NCBI GenBank assembly: GCA_963676915.2
Contig: CAXXVK010000031.1
Coordinates: 28,646 to 92,645 of the forward strand
DNA from: Myxococcota bacterium
GTDB taxonomy: Bacteria > Myxococcota_A > SURF-8 > G963663525
Reading direction: 5' to 3'
DNA: 64,000 nt
This document shows, in pieces, positions 9,925 through 19,541 of the stretch. The translations under genes and the position numbers were made by a program. Positions within the stretch are counted from its first letter, which is position 1. Each line of letters starts with the position of its first letter. A model generated the notes under the pieces. The model had not been told where the DNA came from and did no database searches. It worked only from the letters and a program-made list of their open reading frames with translations.

Positions 9925-12074
9925 AAAACGTCCGTCCGTCGTGAAAAAGTCGTAGAAAAACGCCTCCGTCGGCGCCATACAGATAGAATAGCTCCAATAT
10001 ACCACAGGAAACCGGAGAAACCGCAAGGAATCTTTGTGCAGCCGCCATGGGTTCCGGGAAGAGATTCCTCGATTTCGTCAGGTTCTTCCTGTGTGTCTTC
10101 GTCTCCATCTTCACCAGGATTTTCCGTCGGTTCCGAGCGTTCCGCCTCGGCTTCGTACGGGTCGCAATCGCCTGAATCCGTCAACTCGCTTTCTTCTGTT
10201 TCCTGCGCTTCGGGTTCGGATCGTTCGATCTCCGTGAGATCCTGGTCGATCTCTTCGTCCCGGTCCTCGTCGCCATCTACGGGCGCGACGTAATAGGGAA
10301 AATAGCGGACGGTGTCCAGGTCGAAACCGGGTGATGTGGTGTCGGGAGTGTCCCCCAGGTCGCGAATTCTCACATAACGGCCTTGTGATACGCCGGAAAT
10401 ATTGAAATCGAAAGCACAGACGCCGCTACCTTCCCCCAGTTCCTGCCAGGGACCGGCAAAAGAGGTACTGATTTCAACCTTGTAACGTTCGCCGTCGTAG
10501 GGCGGGCCTTCGAGGATCTCGAGTTCTTCGCCCTCGTGATCGTTAAGTATTTCTCCCAGGTCGAGTACGACCCAACGGTTTTTTCCAAGCGAAAAGGAAC
10601 GCTCGTCCGGTGGTCCCGAAGCGACATGAGGCGGAGTCGGATTGTCTGTGGCCATTCCAACGGCTACGGAGCGCAGCGCATAGTATTCCTCGTTGGCTTC
10701 CAACGCGACATCCTGCCGCAAAGCATCGCCGGTGCCAACCGTAAGTCCTTGGAATCGCATCGCTTCATAGCCGGAAGCCCAGACTTCGAGAGTGTAGGTT
10801 CCCGGCAGCAAAAGACGGTGGTAGTCTCCAGCGACAGAATCGGAAAAAACGGGCCAATCGTGTTCCAAAATGCGGATTCTGGCTTGCAAAGCATCGCCGG
10901 TGTCAGCGTCCGTGACGACTCCCCGCAATCCTTTCAACGACCATTCCAGCGTGGAAAGAATACTTTCCCGGTTACGCGACCAGCTTCGTTCGATGGGAAA
11001 AGTCCAAGATTGGGGCGTGAGTTCAATGGTCCAGTCCATTCCGCCCGAACTGCCGTAACTGAAATCGTTGAGATCACCGAAGGTTTGATACCAGTCGTAT
11101 CCGTTGGTAACTTCGTAGATATCCTCGCTTCCTCCCGCCGTGGTTCCCTCGGCATATAGCCTTGAAATTTCAAGTAAAAGAGCTTCATCGGGGGAATCTT
11201 CATCCGTGTAATTCCACAGATAATTCACGATTTCACCATAGGTGTGAAAACTATGGCTGATGCTGAATCGGCGTTGGAGATGATGCCTCGCCATAGCTTG
11301 AACTTCCGGTTCGCTGAACGGATCGTCCCCGTATCCTGTGCCAGAATGCCAGACAAAACCGTAATTGCGGTTGAGATCGACCGCGTTGGCGTTTCGTCGG
11401 GTGCTGGCCTCTCGACCGTCCGGGTTGACCAACGGAACCACCCAGATTTCGGTTTCGTCTACAAGCGCACGGATGCGAGCGTCGGTTTCGTATTCTGTCA
11501 ATAACATTTCGGCTGCCAATAGCGGGATTTCGATGCTCATGAATTCATCGCCATGATGCGCACCCGCAAGGCGAAGTTCGGGTTCATCTTCGTCTATGTC
11601 GGGATGGTCGCTGATCTTCAATGCATCTATGTGGCGGTTTTCCACGGAATATCCGAGGGTTACGAGCTTGCAGAGATCGGGATACTGTTGACTCAATTGC
11701 GCCAGCATGTCGAGAGTTTGCTCGTAGTCGTGGTAGTCTTCTTCATCGCGAGCTATTTTAGGCAATGCCGGATTGAAGGGCAGGGGAGTGACTTCGATTC
11801 CAAGGGATTCCAGTAAGTTACGGTCACCCGGTGCAAGTTCCAGCACCAATCGGCCATCGTAGATGCCACGATAGGCGATGTCGAAATCCAGCAACGTATC
11901 GATCACTCCCGGCCGGGGTGCGTCGGTGGTCCAAAGACTTCCACTGGGTGTGGAAAACGCTTCTTCGGCACGGATTTCCGATTTCCCTAAAACAACCAGT
12001 GAAAAACAAAGGAAAAACAACGTCGTAACCCAGAATAGACGCTGGCGGATGTCATGGTACGGAGAACAGAGCAC
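9861..12074 (-). CDS. Secreted M14 zinc carboxypeptidase with carboxypeptidase regulatory-like domain, acidic linker and MYXO-CTERM-like tail
   Basis: Signal peptide; HHGDE, NPDG, RRNANAVDLNRN, SFHTY, WTIE; GVVTDADTG...LLPGTYTL; GGC-TM-RRRRR. Confidence 0.9.
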   Translation of the reverse strand: MLCSPYHDIRQRLFWVTTLFFLCFSLVVLGKSEIRAEEAFSTPSGSLWTTDAPRPGVIDTLLDFDIAYRGIYDGRLVLELAPGDRNLLESLGIEVTPLPFNPALPKIARDEEDYHDYEQTLDMLAQLSQQYPDLCKLVTLGYSVENRHIDALKISDHPDIDEDEPELRLAGAHHGDEFMSIEIPLLAAEMLLTEYETDARIRALVDETEIWVVPLVNPDGREASTRRNANAVDLNRNYGFVWHSGTGYGDDPFSEPEVQAMARHHLQRRFSISHSFHTYGEIVNYLWNYTDEDSPDEALLLEISRLYAEGTTAGGSEDIYEVTNGYDWYQTFGDLNDFSYGSSGGMDWTIELTPQSWTFPIERSWSRNRESILSTLEWSLKGLRGVVTDADTGDALQARIRILEHDWPVFSDSVAGDYHRLLLPGTYTLEVWASGYEAMRFQGLTVGTGDALRQDVALEANEEYYALRSVAVGMATDNPTPPHVASGPPDERSFSLGKNRWVVLDLGEILNDHEGEELEILEGPPYDGERYKVEISTSFAGPWQELGEGSGVCAFDFNISGVSQGRYVRIRDLGDTPDTTSPGFDLDTVRYFPYYVAPVDGDEDRDEEIDQDLTEIERSEPEAQETEESELTDSGDCDPYEAEAERSEPTENPGEDGDEDTQEEPDEIEESLPGTHGGCTKIPCGFSGFLWYIGAILSVWRRRRRFSTTFSRRTDVLCPISISTPSPINTMIGTTTK

Positions 12075-12213
12075 GATAATCCTGCTTTCGATATGACGGA
12101 AAACACGAAGGGACCGGGCGGAATTCCTTGCATTCGAACGGTCGCCATACGAGAATCAAACAACCTTACAGGCCAACTGTCAATAGCCTGTAGTTATTGG
12201 ATGCACGAAGACG

Positions 12214-13563
12214 ATGGATTTATTCGATCAACCTGACCGTCCCGACGAAAACGCCCCTCTGGCGGAGCGCATGCGCCCCCGAACGTTAGAGGAATTCGTG
12301 GGACAGGGGCATTTGCTGGGACCGGGAAAATTTCTTCAACGGGTGTTGGAACACGACAACGTGCCGTCGCTGATCCTCTGGGGGCCGCCGGGCAGCGGAA
12401 AAACCACGCTGGCGACTGTCGTAGCTCACCGAACACAAAGCCACTTCGAATTTTTCTCGGCGGTGCTGGGTTCCGTCAAAGACGTACGGAAGATCGTGGC
12501 TGATGCTGAAGGGCGTCGCAAATACCACGGTCACAAAACGATTCTATTCGTGGACGAAATCCATCGATTCAACAAGGCACAGCAAGACGCTTTTTTGCCA
12601 TACGTCGAAAAAGGCGTGGTTACGCTTATCGGTGCGACGACCGAAAACCCCAGCTTTTCGGTGATCGGCGCTTTGCTTTCTCGTTGCAAAGTTCTGGCCC
12701 TTAAGGCGTTGGAAGCCGACGATCTGGCCGCGATTGTCCAACGAGCGCTGGAGGATGAGGTTCTCGGGTTGGGCCGACTAGGACTGACTCTTACCGACGA
12801 CGCCCGCGAAGCTATCGCCAAGGGAAGTTTCGGCGACGCCCGGAAAGCGCTCAACGTACTGGACAGCGCCGCACAACTGGCGATTCAAGACCGAAAAAAG
12901 ACCATCGATACCGAGTTGGTCGATGAAGCCGCCCAACGCAAAACGTTGCTGTACGACAAATCGGGCGATGAGCATTACAACGTCGTGTCAGCTTTCATTA
13001 AAAGTATGCGGGGGTCCGATCCCGATGCGGCGCTGTATTGGATGTCCCGGATGTTGGAAGCCGGGGACGACCCGTTGTTCGTGCTGCGTCGCATGGTGAT
13101 TTTCGCCTCCGAAGACATCGGCAACGCCGACCCTCGCGCTCTTCAATTGGCTATGGAGGGTGTGGCCGCGTTTCAGTTCATCGGAATGCCCGAGGGGTGG
13201 TTGACGCTTTCCCAGGTTTGTACCTATCTGGCGTGCGCGCCGAAATCCAACGCCTCGACCGTAGCCATCGGCAAGGCTCGAAAGCAGGTGAAAGAGCACG
13301 GTCCGTTACCCGTTCCGCTCAAACTTCGCAACGCGCCTACGTCATTGATGAAAGAATTGGATTACGGCAAGGGCTACAATTATCCGCATTCGAAAGGCGG
13401 ATTCAGCGCCGAACACTACCTTCCCGATGCCTTACGTGGCTCTGTTTTCTATGATCCCAACGGGACGGGGTACGAGAAATTCATCAAAGATCGCCTCGAT
13501 GGGTGGAGAGAACAGGTGCGACAACAGGACGGCTCCGATGAGGAGGACAACAGTTCCTCTTGA
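12214..13563 (+). CDS. rarA: Replication-associated recombination protein A (MgsA/RarA AAA+ ATPase)
   Basis: PLAERMRP, GPPGSGKTT, DEIHRFNKAQQD, GATTENP, SAFIKSMRGSDPDA, ASEDIGNADP. Confidence 0.96.
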   Translation: MDLFDQPDRPDENAPLAERMRPRTLEEFVGQGHLLGPGKFLQRVLEHDNVPSLILWGPPGSGKTTLATVVAHRTQSHFEFFSAVLGSVKDVRKIVADAEGRRKYHGHKTILFVDEIHRFNKAQQDAFLPYVEKGVVTLIGATTENPSFSVIGALLSRCKVLALKALEADDLAAIVQRALEDEVLGLGRLGLTLTDDAREAIAKGSFGDARKALNVLDSAAQLAIQDRKKTIDTELVDEAAQRKTLLYDKSGDEHYNVVSAFIKSMRGSDPDAALYWMSRMLEAGDDPLFVLRRMVIFASEDIGNADPRALQLAMEGVAAFQFIGMPEGWLTLSQVCTYLACAPKSNASTVAIGKARKQVKEHGPLPVPLKLRNAPTSLMKELDYGKGYNYPHSKGGFSAEHYLPDALRGSVFYDPNGTGYEKFIKDRLDGWREQVRQQDGSDEEDNSSS

Positions 13564-13623
13564 TTTTCGAACCGTTCTGGTAAAATATGATTCTCATTCC
13601 AATTGAAAGAAAGGAGGCTTGCC

Positions 13624-13758
13624 ATGGCTTCCGGCGATGAAAAATATGCCCCGAAATTCCTGCGACGCCAAAAACTGCGAGGCGTCGTGATTGTCATTAT
13701 GAGTTTGCTGTTTTTGACTGGCATGATGTGGGGCAGTCTCCGGCATTTTTTCGAGTGA
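13624..13758 (+). CDS. Small single-TM protein, 44 aa (MASGDEKYAPKFLRRQKLRGVVIVIMSLLFLTGMMWGSLRHFFE)
   Basis: Strong SD AAGGAGG 6 nt before ATG; basic N-region then hydrophobic helix; fills the gap between two + strand genes; below the ORF-track cutoff. Confidence 0.6.
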   Translation: MASGDEKYAPKFLRRQKLRGVVIVIMSLLFLTGMMWGSLRHFFE

Positions 13759-13780
13759 AATCCATGAACCGAATCGTTGG

Positions 13781-14422
13781 ATGGTGAAGATGAAGCGAAA
13801 TCGAGCGATATTTCCGTTGTTGACGTTTGTTTTGTTCCTTTTTCTTGTCGGAACGGGCTGCGACAAGGAACCGAAACTGACTCTGCTGTATAGTTACGAT
13901 TTCAATGACGGCACGTTGGGACCGGAATGGAAAAACGAGGGCGGTGACTGGAAGATCGTTGATGGGAAACTGGTCAGCAAACGTGCCAAAAACAAAGATC
14001 TCGTCTTGATGAAATCCCATCCGGCGGATGTCGCGGTGACGCTCGACATGCTCTCACACGACGATAAAGTGGATATCAAGTTCCGAACTCATGGCAATCC
14101 AAACGGTGGTGACCTGCACGACGCGGGAGCGTATTCCTACATTCTGGGAGGATGGAAAGGGAAAATCTCGACCATCACCCGCCTGGACGAGCACGAACCC
14201 AATCGTGTGGAGGATCGCGCCACCCGACATAAAAAAGATCATTGGTACAAAATGAAGGTGATCAAAAAGGGCGGGAAAATCCGTTGGTACGTGGATGGGC
14301 AATTGTATCTGACCTATGAAGATGCCGATCCGTTGGCTCCGCCGACCTACGGTTATTTCTCTTTCAGCAACTGGGCGACCCGCTGCGAATTCGACAACCT
14401 GAAAATTTATCGCGTCGAATAG
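13781..14422 (+). CDS. Lipoprotein with concanavalin A/LamG-like jelly-roll domain
   Basis: Lipobox VGTGC; YDFNDG, WKIVDGKL, WYKMKV, WYVDG, FDNLKIY. Confidence 0.75.
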   Translation: MVKMKRNRAIFPLLTFVLFLFLVGTGCDKEPKLTLLYSYDFNDGTLGPEWKNEGGDWKIVDGKLVSKRAKNKDLVLMKSHPADVAVTLDMLSHDDKVDIKFRTHGNPNGGDLHDAGAYSYILGGWKGKISTITRLDEHEPNRVEDRATRHKKDHWYKMKVIKKGGKIRWYVDGQLYLTYEDADPLAPPTYGYFSFSNWATRCEFDNLKIYRVE

Positions 14423-14608
14423 CGTAAAAAAGCTCTTTTTTCGTCAAAAACCGCTCCGTTTGGGGATCTAATCACTTTACAAGTCGTGCAAATCGGTGCA
14501 AGGTTGGCCGGGTGAGATCCATGGCGTGTGCCGGATCGCCTGACTTTGGTTTATCCCACCTTTCTGCATGGCTTGTGCGGTAAGGACAGAATCGTCGAAG
14601 AGGAAACG

Positions 14609-15895
14609 ATGAGTGACAATAAAACGCAACGGGAAATCGCCCTGGCAGGAGAGATCAGCGACGCGATGAAGCGCATCGCCGAGAAAGAAAATATCGATGT
14701 CGAAACCATCCGAAAGGAAACCGCCGAAGGTAGAATGGCGATACCGGCGAATCCTCGGCATACCAGTCTCGATCCCATTGGTATCGGTCGCTGCTGCACG
14801 GTGAAGATCAATGCCAATATCGGAAATTCCGCGTTGGATTCGAACATCGAAACCGAGTTGAAAAAACTCGAAGCCTGCGTTCATTACGGTGCGGACACGG
14901 TGATGGACCTTTCCACCGGTGGAGATCTCAACGAAATTCGTGCGGCGATTCTTGCCGAAAGCCCGATTCCGGTCGGAACCGTGCCGATGTACGAAGCCAT
15001 TGCCCGCGTACCGAAGACCGAAGATCTTACGGCGGAATTGCTGCTCGACGTGATCGAATCTCAAGCCAAGCAAGGCGTGGACTTCATGACGGTTCACGCC
15101 GGATTGTTGATGAAACACGTACCACTGGCCAAGAAACGCCTGACGGGGATCGTCTCGCGGGGTGGTTCGTTGACCGCCGAATGGATGAGTTACCACAAAA
15201 AGGAAAATCCGCTTTTCGAGCGCTATGACGACCTGCTGGCTATTGCTCGCGAATACGATGTCACCCTGAGTCTGGGCGACGGTCTGCGTCCCGGTTGCCT
15301 GGCCGATGCCGGAGACGACGCACAGTTCGCCGAACTTGACATCCTGGGCGATCTGACGAGGCGGGCATGGAAAGCCGGTGTGCAGGTGATCGTCGAAGGT
15401 CCGGGGCACGTACCGTTCAACCAGATCGAAAGTCAGATGAAACGGCAGCAAGAGGCTTGCGACGAAGCGCCGTTTTACGTATTGGGACCGATCGTTACCG
15501 ATATCGCTCCCGGCTACGACCATATCACCTCTACCATCGGTGCAACGGCTGCCGCTTTCCACGGTGCCTGCTATCTTTGTTATGTCACACCCAAAGAACA
15601 CCTCGGATTGCCGGATCTCGAAGACGTGCGCAACGGAATTATCGCGTACAAAATCGCGGCCCATGCGGCGGATATCGCCAACGGACATCCCGGGGCGCGT
15701 GATCGTGACGACGCCATGAGTCACGCCCGGCAACTTTTCGACTGGGAAAAACAGTTCGAAATTTCGCTAGATCCGGACCGTGCGCGAAAAATGCGAATGG
15801 AAAATCTCCCGGAAAATTGCCCGGAAAACGGTGATTATTGTACAATGTGCGGACCGAAGTTCTGTGCCATGCGGATCAGCAAGCGTATCAAGTAA
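14609..15895 (+). CDS. thiC: Phosphomethylpyrimidine synthase ThiC
   Basis: [60 protein letters not shown]. Confidence 0.95.
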   Translation: MSDNKTQREIALAGEISDAMKRIAEKENIDVETIRKETAEGRMAIPANPRHTSLDPIGIGRCCTVKINANIGNSALDSNIETELKKLEACVHYGADTVMDLSTGGDLNEIRAAILAESPIPVGTVPMYEAIARVPKTEDLTAELLLDVIESQAKQGVDFMTVHAGLLMKHVPLAKKRLTGIVSRGGSLTAEWMSYHKKENPLFERYDDLLAIAREYDVTLSLGDGLRPGCLADAGDDAQFAELDILGDLTRRAWKAGVQVIVEGPGHVPFNQIESQMKRQQEACDEAPFYVLGPIVTDIAPGYDHITSTIGATAAAFHGACYLCYVTPKEHLGLPDLEDVRNGIIAYKIAAHAADIANGHPGARDRDDAMSHARQLFDWEKQFEISLDPDRARKMRMENLPENCPENGDYCTMCGPKFCAMRISKRIK

Positions 15896-15929
15896 CGTTT
15901 GCGGCTCCGGGGGCAAGGGAGCAAGAAGC

Positions 15930-16364
15930 ATGAAAACGATAAGTACCGGGTTTCTCTTGAGGAAGTCTCGGTGTTTTACGGTGGTGTTTTTTCTCTGCAT
16001 GTTGTGGTTGCCGGGAGGGGTGATCTCGTGTGGACTGGTCCCCAACAGCGCGGGATGTTACGATTACTGCTCCTCGGACTCTGCCTGCAAAAAGCACCTG
16101 TACTGCTGGAAAGACACCTGCATACCGCTTGATTGCAAAGAGTGTTACGAAGACGGCGACACCTGCGAGTTTTTCGTTTCGAGAGAATACGAACAGCAAG
16201 ATGAAACGCCGACCTCGCAGGATTCATCCGCCGATTGGACCGTTTCAGGAATCGGGGAGTGCGAATTTCTTACCTGTGGCAGCACGACACAGAATTTCAC
16301 CCTGAAAAACGGATGCCATCATTATTCGCAGGTCGGTCACGTTATCTGTGTGCCGTCTTTTTGA
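15930..16364 (+). CDS. Small Cys-rich putative lipoprotein
   Basis: Signal ending GVISC; CSSDSAC...C...C pattern; ~12 Cys in the mature part. Confidence 0.6.
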   Translation: MKTISTGFLLRKSRCFTVVFFLCMLWLPGGVISCGLVPNSAGCYDYCSSDSACKKHLYCWKDTCIPLDCKECYEDGDTCEFFVSREYEQQDETPTSQDSSADWTVSGIGECEFLTCGSTTQNFTLKNGCHHYSQVGHVICVPSF

Positions 16365-16419
16365 TTTATTTCAAGAAAAACAAGTATTTACAAAGGTCAC
16401 ATTAAAAAAAGGAAATCCC

Positions 16420-17528
16420 ATGTCGTCTACCGTTTACTTCGTCCCGTTTTATCTGCATCAAAATCAAAAAGGTTTGCTCGAACGTATCAAAAGCGCCTGC
16501 CTCGAAGCGGGAGCCGAGCGGAAAATTTCCTCTGGCGATATCTGTGCGATCAAAACACATTTCGGTGAGGATGGCCTTGTAAGTTATTTGCGTCCCCCCT
16601 ATGCCCGAACCTGTGTGGAACTTGTAAAATCCTTTGGAGCCAAGCCTTTTGTGACCGATACCAACACACTGTATCGCGTGCAACGACACAACGCTATCGA
16701 TCACCTCGCCACGGCGCAGCGCAACGGATTCAGCTATGGAACGCTGGGAGCGCCGGTCATTGTTGCCGACGGTCTGCATGGCCATGCTTATCAGGAAGCG
16801 ACCGTTCCCAACGGAAAACATTTCGAATCGGTGCCGTTGCCGGATGCGATTCACGATGCCGACAGCATGATCGTACTCAGCCATTTCACGGCCCATCTCG
16901 CTGCCGGATTCGGGGCTGCGGTAAAAAATCTTTCGATGGGCTGCTCCACGCCTCAGGGAAAGCGCCGGATGCATTGCCATTCGAAACCTACAGTCGATGA
17001 AGACCGCTGCATTGCATGCGGCACTTGCGAACCTTGGTGTCCGACCGGTGCCATCAAAGTCGAAGATGTCGCCGAAATCGATTCCGAACTCTGTATGGCC
17101 TGCGGAGAATGTACGGTGGTTTGTCCGGAACAGGCCGTGCAAATCCCATGGGATGAAAACACCTCGATTTTGCAAGAAAAAATGGCCGAATACGCCAGCG
17201 CCGTTGTGGCTCAGAAAAAAGATCGGCTGTTGCTTATCAACGCACTTGTGGACATAACGCCGCATTGCGATTGTATGGCGCATTCCGAACCATGTTTCCG
17301 ACCGGACCTCGGCGTGTTGGTTGGAGACGATCCCATTGCACTTGATCAAGCCGGTCTGGACCTGATCAACGGAAAATCGCTTGGAACGGTCACGAAATCG
17401 TAAAAGGGACCGAGCAAGATCCACTGATGGAAATCTATCCGAGGATCGATTGGCGCACCGTGGTGGCTTATGGCGAGAGTATCGGATTGGGAACTAGGGA
17501 TTATTCCTTGGTTCCATTAATGAAATAA
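16420..17528 (+). CDS. DUF362-domain Fe-S protein with 2x[4Fe-4S] ferredoxin domain, frameshifted near 17393
   Basis: KTHFGE, TDTNTLY, SHFTAH, KNLSMG, CIACGTC..CP, CMACGEC..CP, TPHCDC; the family-typical tail IDWRTVVAYGESIGLGTRDY lies in another frame ending TAA 17528. Confidence 0.85.
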
Positions 17529-17725
17529 AAGCCTGTTTTACGCAGGTTTTGTGAGAAAAATGCTCTTTTGTTCCTCGCACTTGCCAAACATGGGGAAGAT
17601 GCAGTAGATTTGGTACGTCGAAAAAGGCGAGTGAATCGTAAACGGGAAATCGAAAACGGATTCGCTTTTTCGACGGAATCGAAAAACAATTATCGAATCT
17701 TGCATATGTATGCGAGGAGGCCGAA

Positions 17726-18166
17726 ATGGCAGACGTAAAAGTGGTCATCGTAGGTGAAAAGGACATTCTTGCCGCCGCAGCGTTGTTGGGAACCCAGATT
17801 TCGTTGCCTCCCGACAAACTGGTTGCTGCCGTGCAATCGTTCGTGGGAAGCGAGGATCACGTTCTGTTGATGGCCAATCTCGACGGCGTGCAAGCCGGTC
17901 TGCTGGCGTGTTCGATCGACACCAAAGCCTCATTGTTGAGCGAAAACGGTCCGAGCGGCTTTATCCTGGCGTTGATCGTGCAACGACTTTTCAAAGGCAA
18001 GCCGGTTGTTTCCCAACTTCTGAAAACCGCAGGATTCTGGTTCAAACGTCACGGTGTCACGGAGATCGTCGCCGAACTGCCCGAAAATCTGGATTTCGAG
18101 ATCGAGGAATTGAAGAAAAACGGTTTCGCTCTTTCTCGGCAATTGCTGACCATGGAACTGGAATAA
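17726..18166 (+). CDS. Hypothetical protein, degenerate GNAT-like fold
   Basis: SD GAGGAGG; GFILALIVQRLFKGKPVVSQLL resembles GNAT motif A; LKKNGF. Confidence 0.6.
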   Translation: MADVKVVIVGEKDILAAAALLGTQISLPPDKLVAAVQSFVGSEDHVLLMANLDGVQAGLLACSIDTKASLLSENGPSGFILALIVQRLFKGKPVVSQLLKTAGFWFKRHGVTEIVAELPENLDFEIEELKKNGFALSRQLLTMELE

Positions 18167-18216
18167 CCAAGTCCCTACAAAATTCAGCGATCTTTTGATT
18201 TGAATAAGGTCTTTGC

Positions 18217-18245
18217 TTGCCAACCGGCATGGAATTTTCTACCAT
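18217..18245 (+). promoter_or_regulatory. Putative sigma70 promoter of rnpB
   Basis: TTGCCA, 17-nt spacer, TACCAT just upstream of the P1 5' strand. Confidence 0.6.
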
Positions 18246-18258
18246 AGATCCTGCGGAT

Positions 18259-18624
18259 CGAGTGGGGGAGGTGATCGTGGTGGTGTATGCCACCGAGGAA
18301 AGTCCGGGCTCCGCAGGGCAGGGTGCCAGCTAACGGCTGGCGGAGGTGACTCTAGGGAAAGTGCCACAGAAAGCAGGGCTCCCGGTTTCGACCGGGGAAG
18401 CGTGAAAGGGTGCGGTAAGAGCGCACCGGGCGTGGTGGAGACATCAGCCGCATGGTAAACCCCACCTGGAGCAAGGTCTAATTGGAACGCATCCGTTTAA
18501 CGGTGAAGAGTAGCCCGCTCGGGACGTTCGGGAAGACCGCTTGAGGACTCAGGCAACTGTGATCCCAGATGAATGATCGCCCACCGATTTTCGGTGAACA
18601 AGACCCGGCTTACGACCCTCTCGA
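18259..18624 (+). ncRNA. rnpB: RNase P RNA (bacterial type A)
   Basis: GAGGAAAGTCCGGGCTCC, GGAAAGTGCCACAGAAA, GGTAAACCCCACCTGGAGCAAG, AGATGAATGATCG, ACCCGGCTTAC; ends pair (TGCGGATCGAG / CTCGATCCGCA). Confidence 0.97.
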
Positions 18625-18692
18625 TCCGCACTTTTACCAGCGATTCAATTTATTCCCCCGCGGTACGTTTTCCGCATCCACGGGAGGTTCCC

Positions 18693-19481
18693 ATGTTTCG
18701 CCGTGTTTATCCTATCGGAATGTTTTTACTAGGCTTTTTGCTTGGATCGCTGGTTTTCGGCGAGTGGTTCGAAGACGATGACCCGATGGAGAACGAAGTA
18801 GGTTTTCTGGAAACCACCGAAACTCCAGTAGAAAAACAAACGGAAGAATTTTCGAACAATCGCTGGAAAAAACAACCGCAGATGGAGCAGGATGCTGAAA
18901 AAAAGCCGGAGATTTCAAGAAGAACGGCTACTGCAAGTCCAGGGCAAGCTGCTATTGATAAGGAAATTTGTTCGAAACAAACGCTTCATGAACTGAAAAA
19001 ACTACGCTCCGAAAATGTCTACCTAAAAGATCGCCTGAACGAGTCCGAAGACTACCGCCGAGCCGCCGAAGGAGAACCCATCGAGCCTCCCGAAGACTTG
19101 CACGAACGTTTCACACAGGAACCCTTACGTGTCGCTGTTGACGAAGCCCTTGAAGAAACGGGATTTTCGGGGGAAGTCAACCTGGTAGATTGTGAGGAAT
19201 ACCCTTGTATCGTGTCCGGCAGGTTGGATCGGGAAGAACTGGACAACCCGGAAGCATTGCATTTGCTGTTCAAAACGGACGCTCTCCAAAACTATAACAA
19301 GGATCGTCGACAAATCAGTGTGAACGAAGTCGAGTACATCGATCAGGAGGGCGAAAAACGAAAAGACGCCTTTTTCTCGATTTCGTTTTATCCCGAAAAT
19401 GAGAGCGACCGGCAAGCAGCGATTCACGATCGGGTGATCCAACGTGAGCGACAGATACTCGATGCGTTTTTAGGACGTTGA
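18693..19481 (+). CDS. Hypothetical membrane-anchored protein with coiled coil and C-x4-PC domain
   Basis: SD GGGAGG; N-terminal TM, coiled coil, VDCEEYPCI. Confidence 0.7.
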   Translation: MFRRVYPIGMFLLGFLLGSLVFGEWFEDDDPMENEVGFLETTETPVEKQTEEFSNNRWKKQPQMEQDAEKKPEISRRTATASPGQAAIDKEICSKQTLHELKKLRSENVYLKDRLNESEDYRRAAEGEPIEPPEDLHERFTQEPLRVAVDEALEETGFSGEVNLVDCEEYPCIVSGRLDREELDNPEALHLLFKTDALQNYNKDRRQISVNEVEYIDQEGEKRKDAFFSISFYPENESDRQAAIHDRVIQRERQILDAFLGR

Positions 19482-19541
19482 AAAATCTCTATATGCAACG
19501 TCTAATCTTTGTATTCCAAATAGAACCATCGAGGGCGGAAA

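Noticed and set aside
14423-14608. TPP riboswitch upstream of thiC
   Set aside because: Only a GGTGAGA resembling CTGAGA; no ACCTGA...GxTAATxC...GxAGG core or P1 pairing visible
14477-15733. Long antisense ORFs (also 16402-17424, 39995-41131, 56386-57357, 57602-58660)
   Set aside because: They shadow well-supported genes, lack motifs and SD sequences, and are expected from codon bias on the coding strand
17666-17686. TTTTCGA...TCGAAAA inverted repeats (also 61386-61408)
   Set aside because: Spacers differ (5 vs 7 nt) and TCGA plus A/T runs are very common throughout this sequence, so chance is likely
18213-18692. ORFs overlapping rnpB and the N-terminal extension of ORF 18573
   Set aside because: Sequence is RNase P RNA; the real CDS starts at 18693 behind a GGGAGG SD
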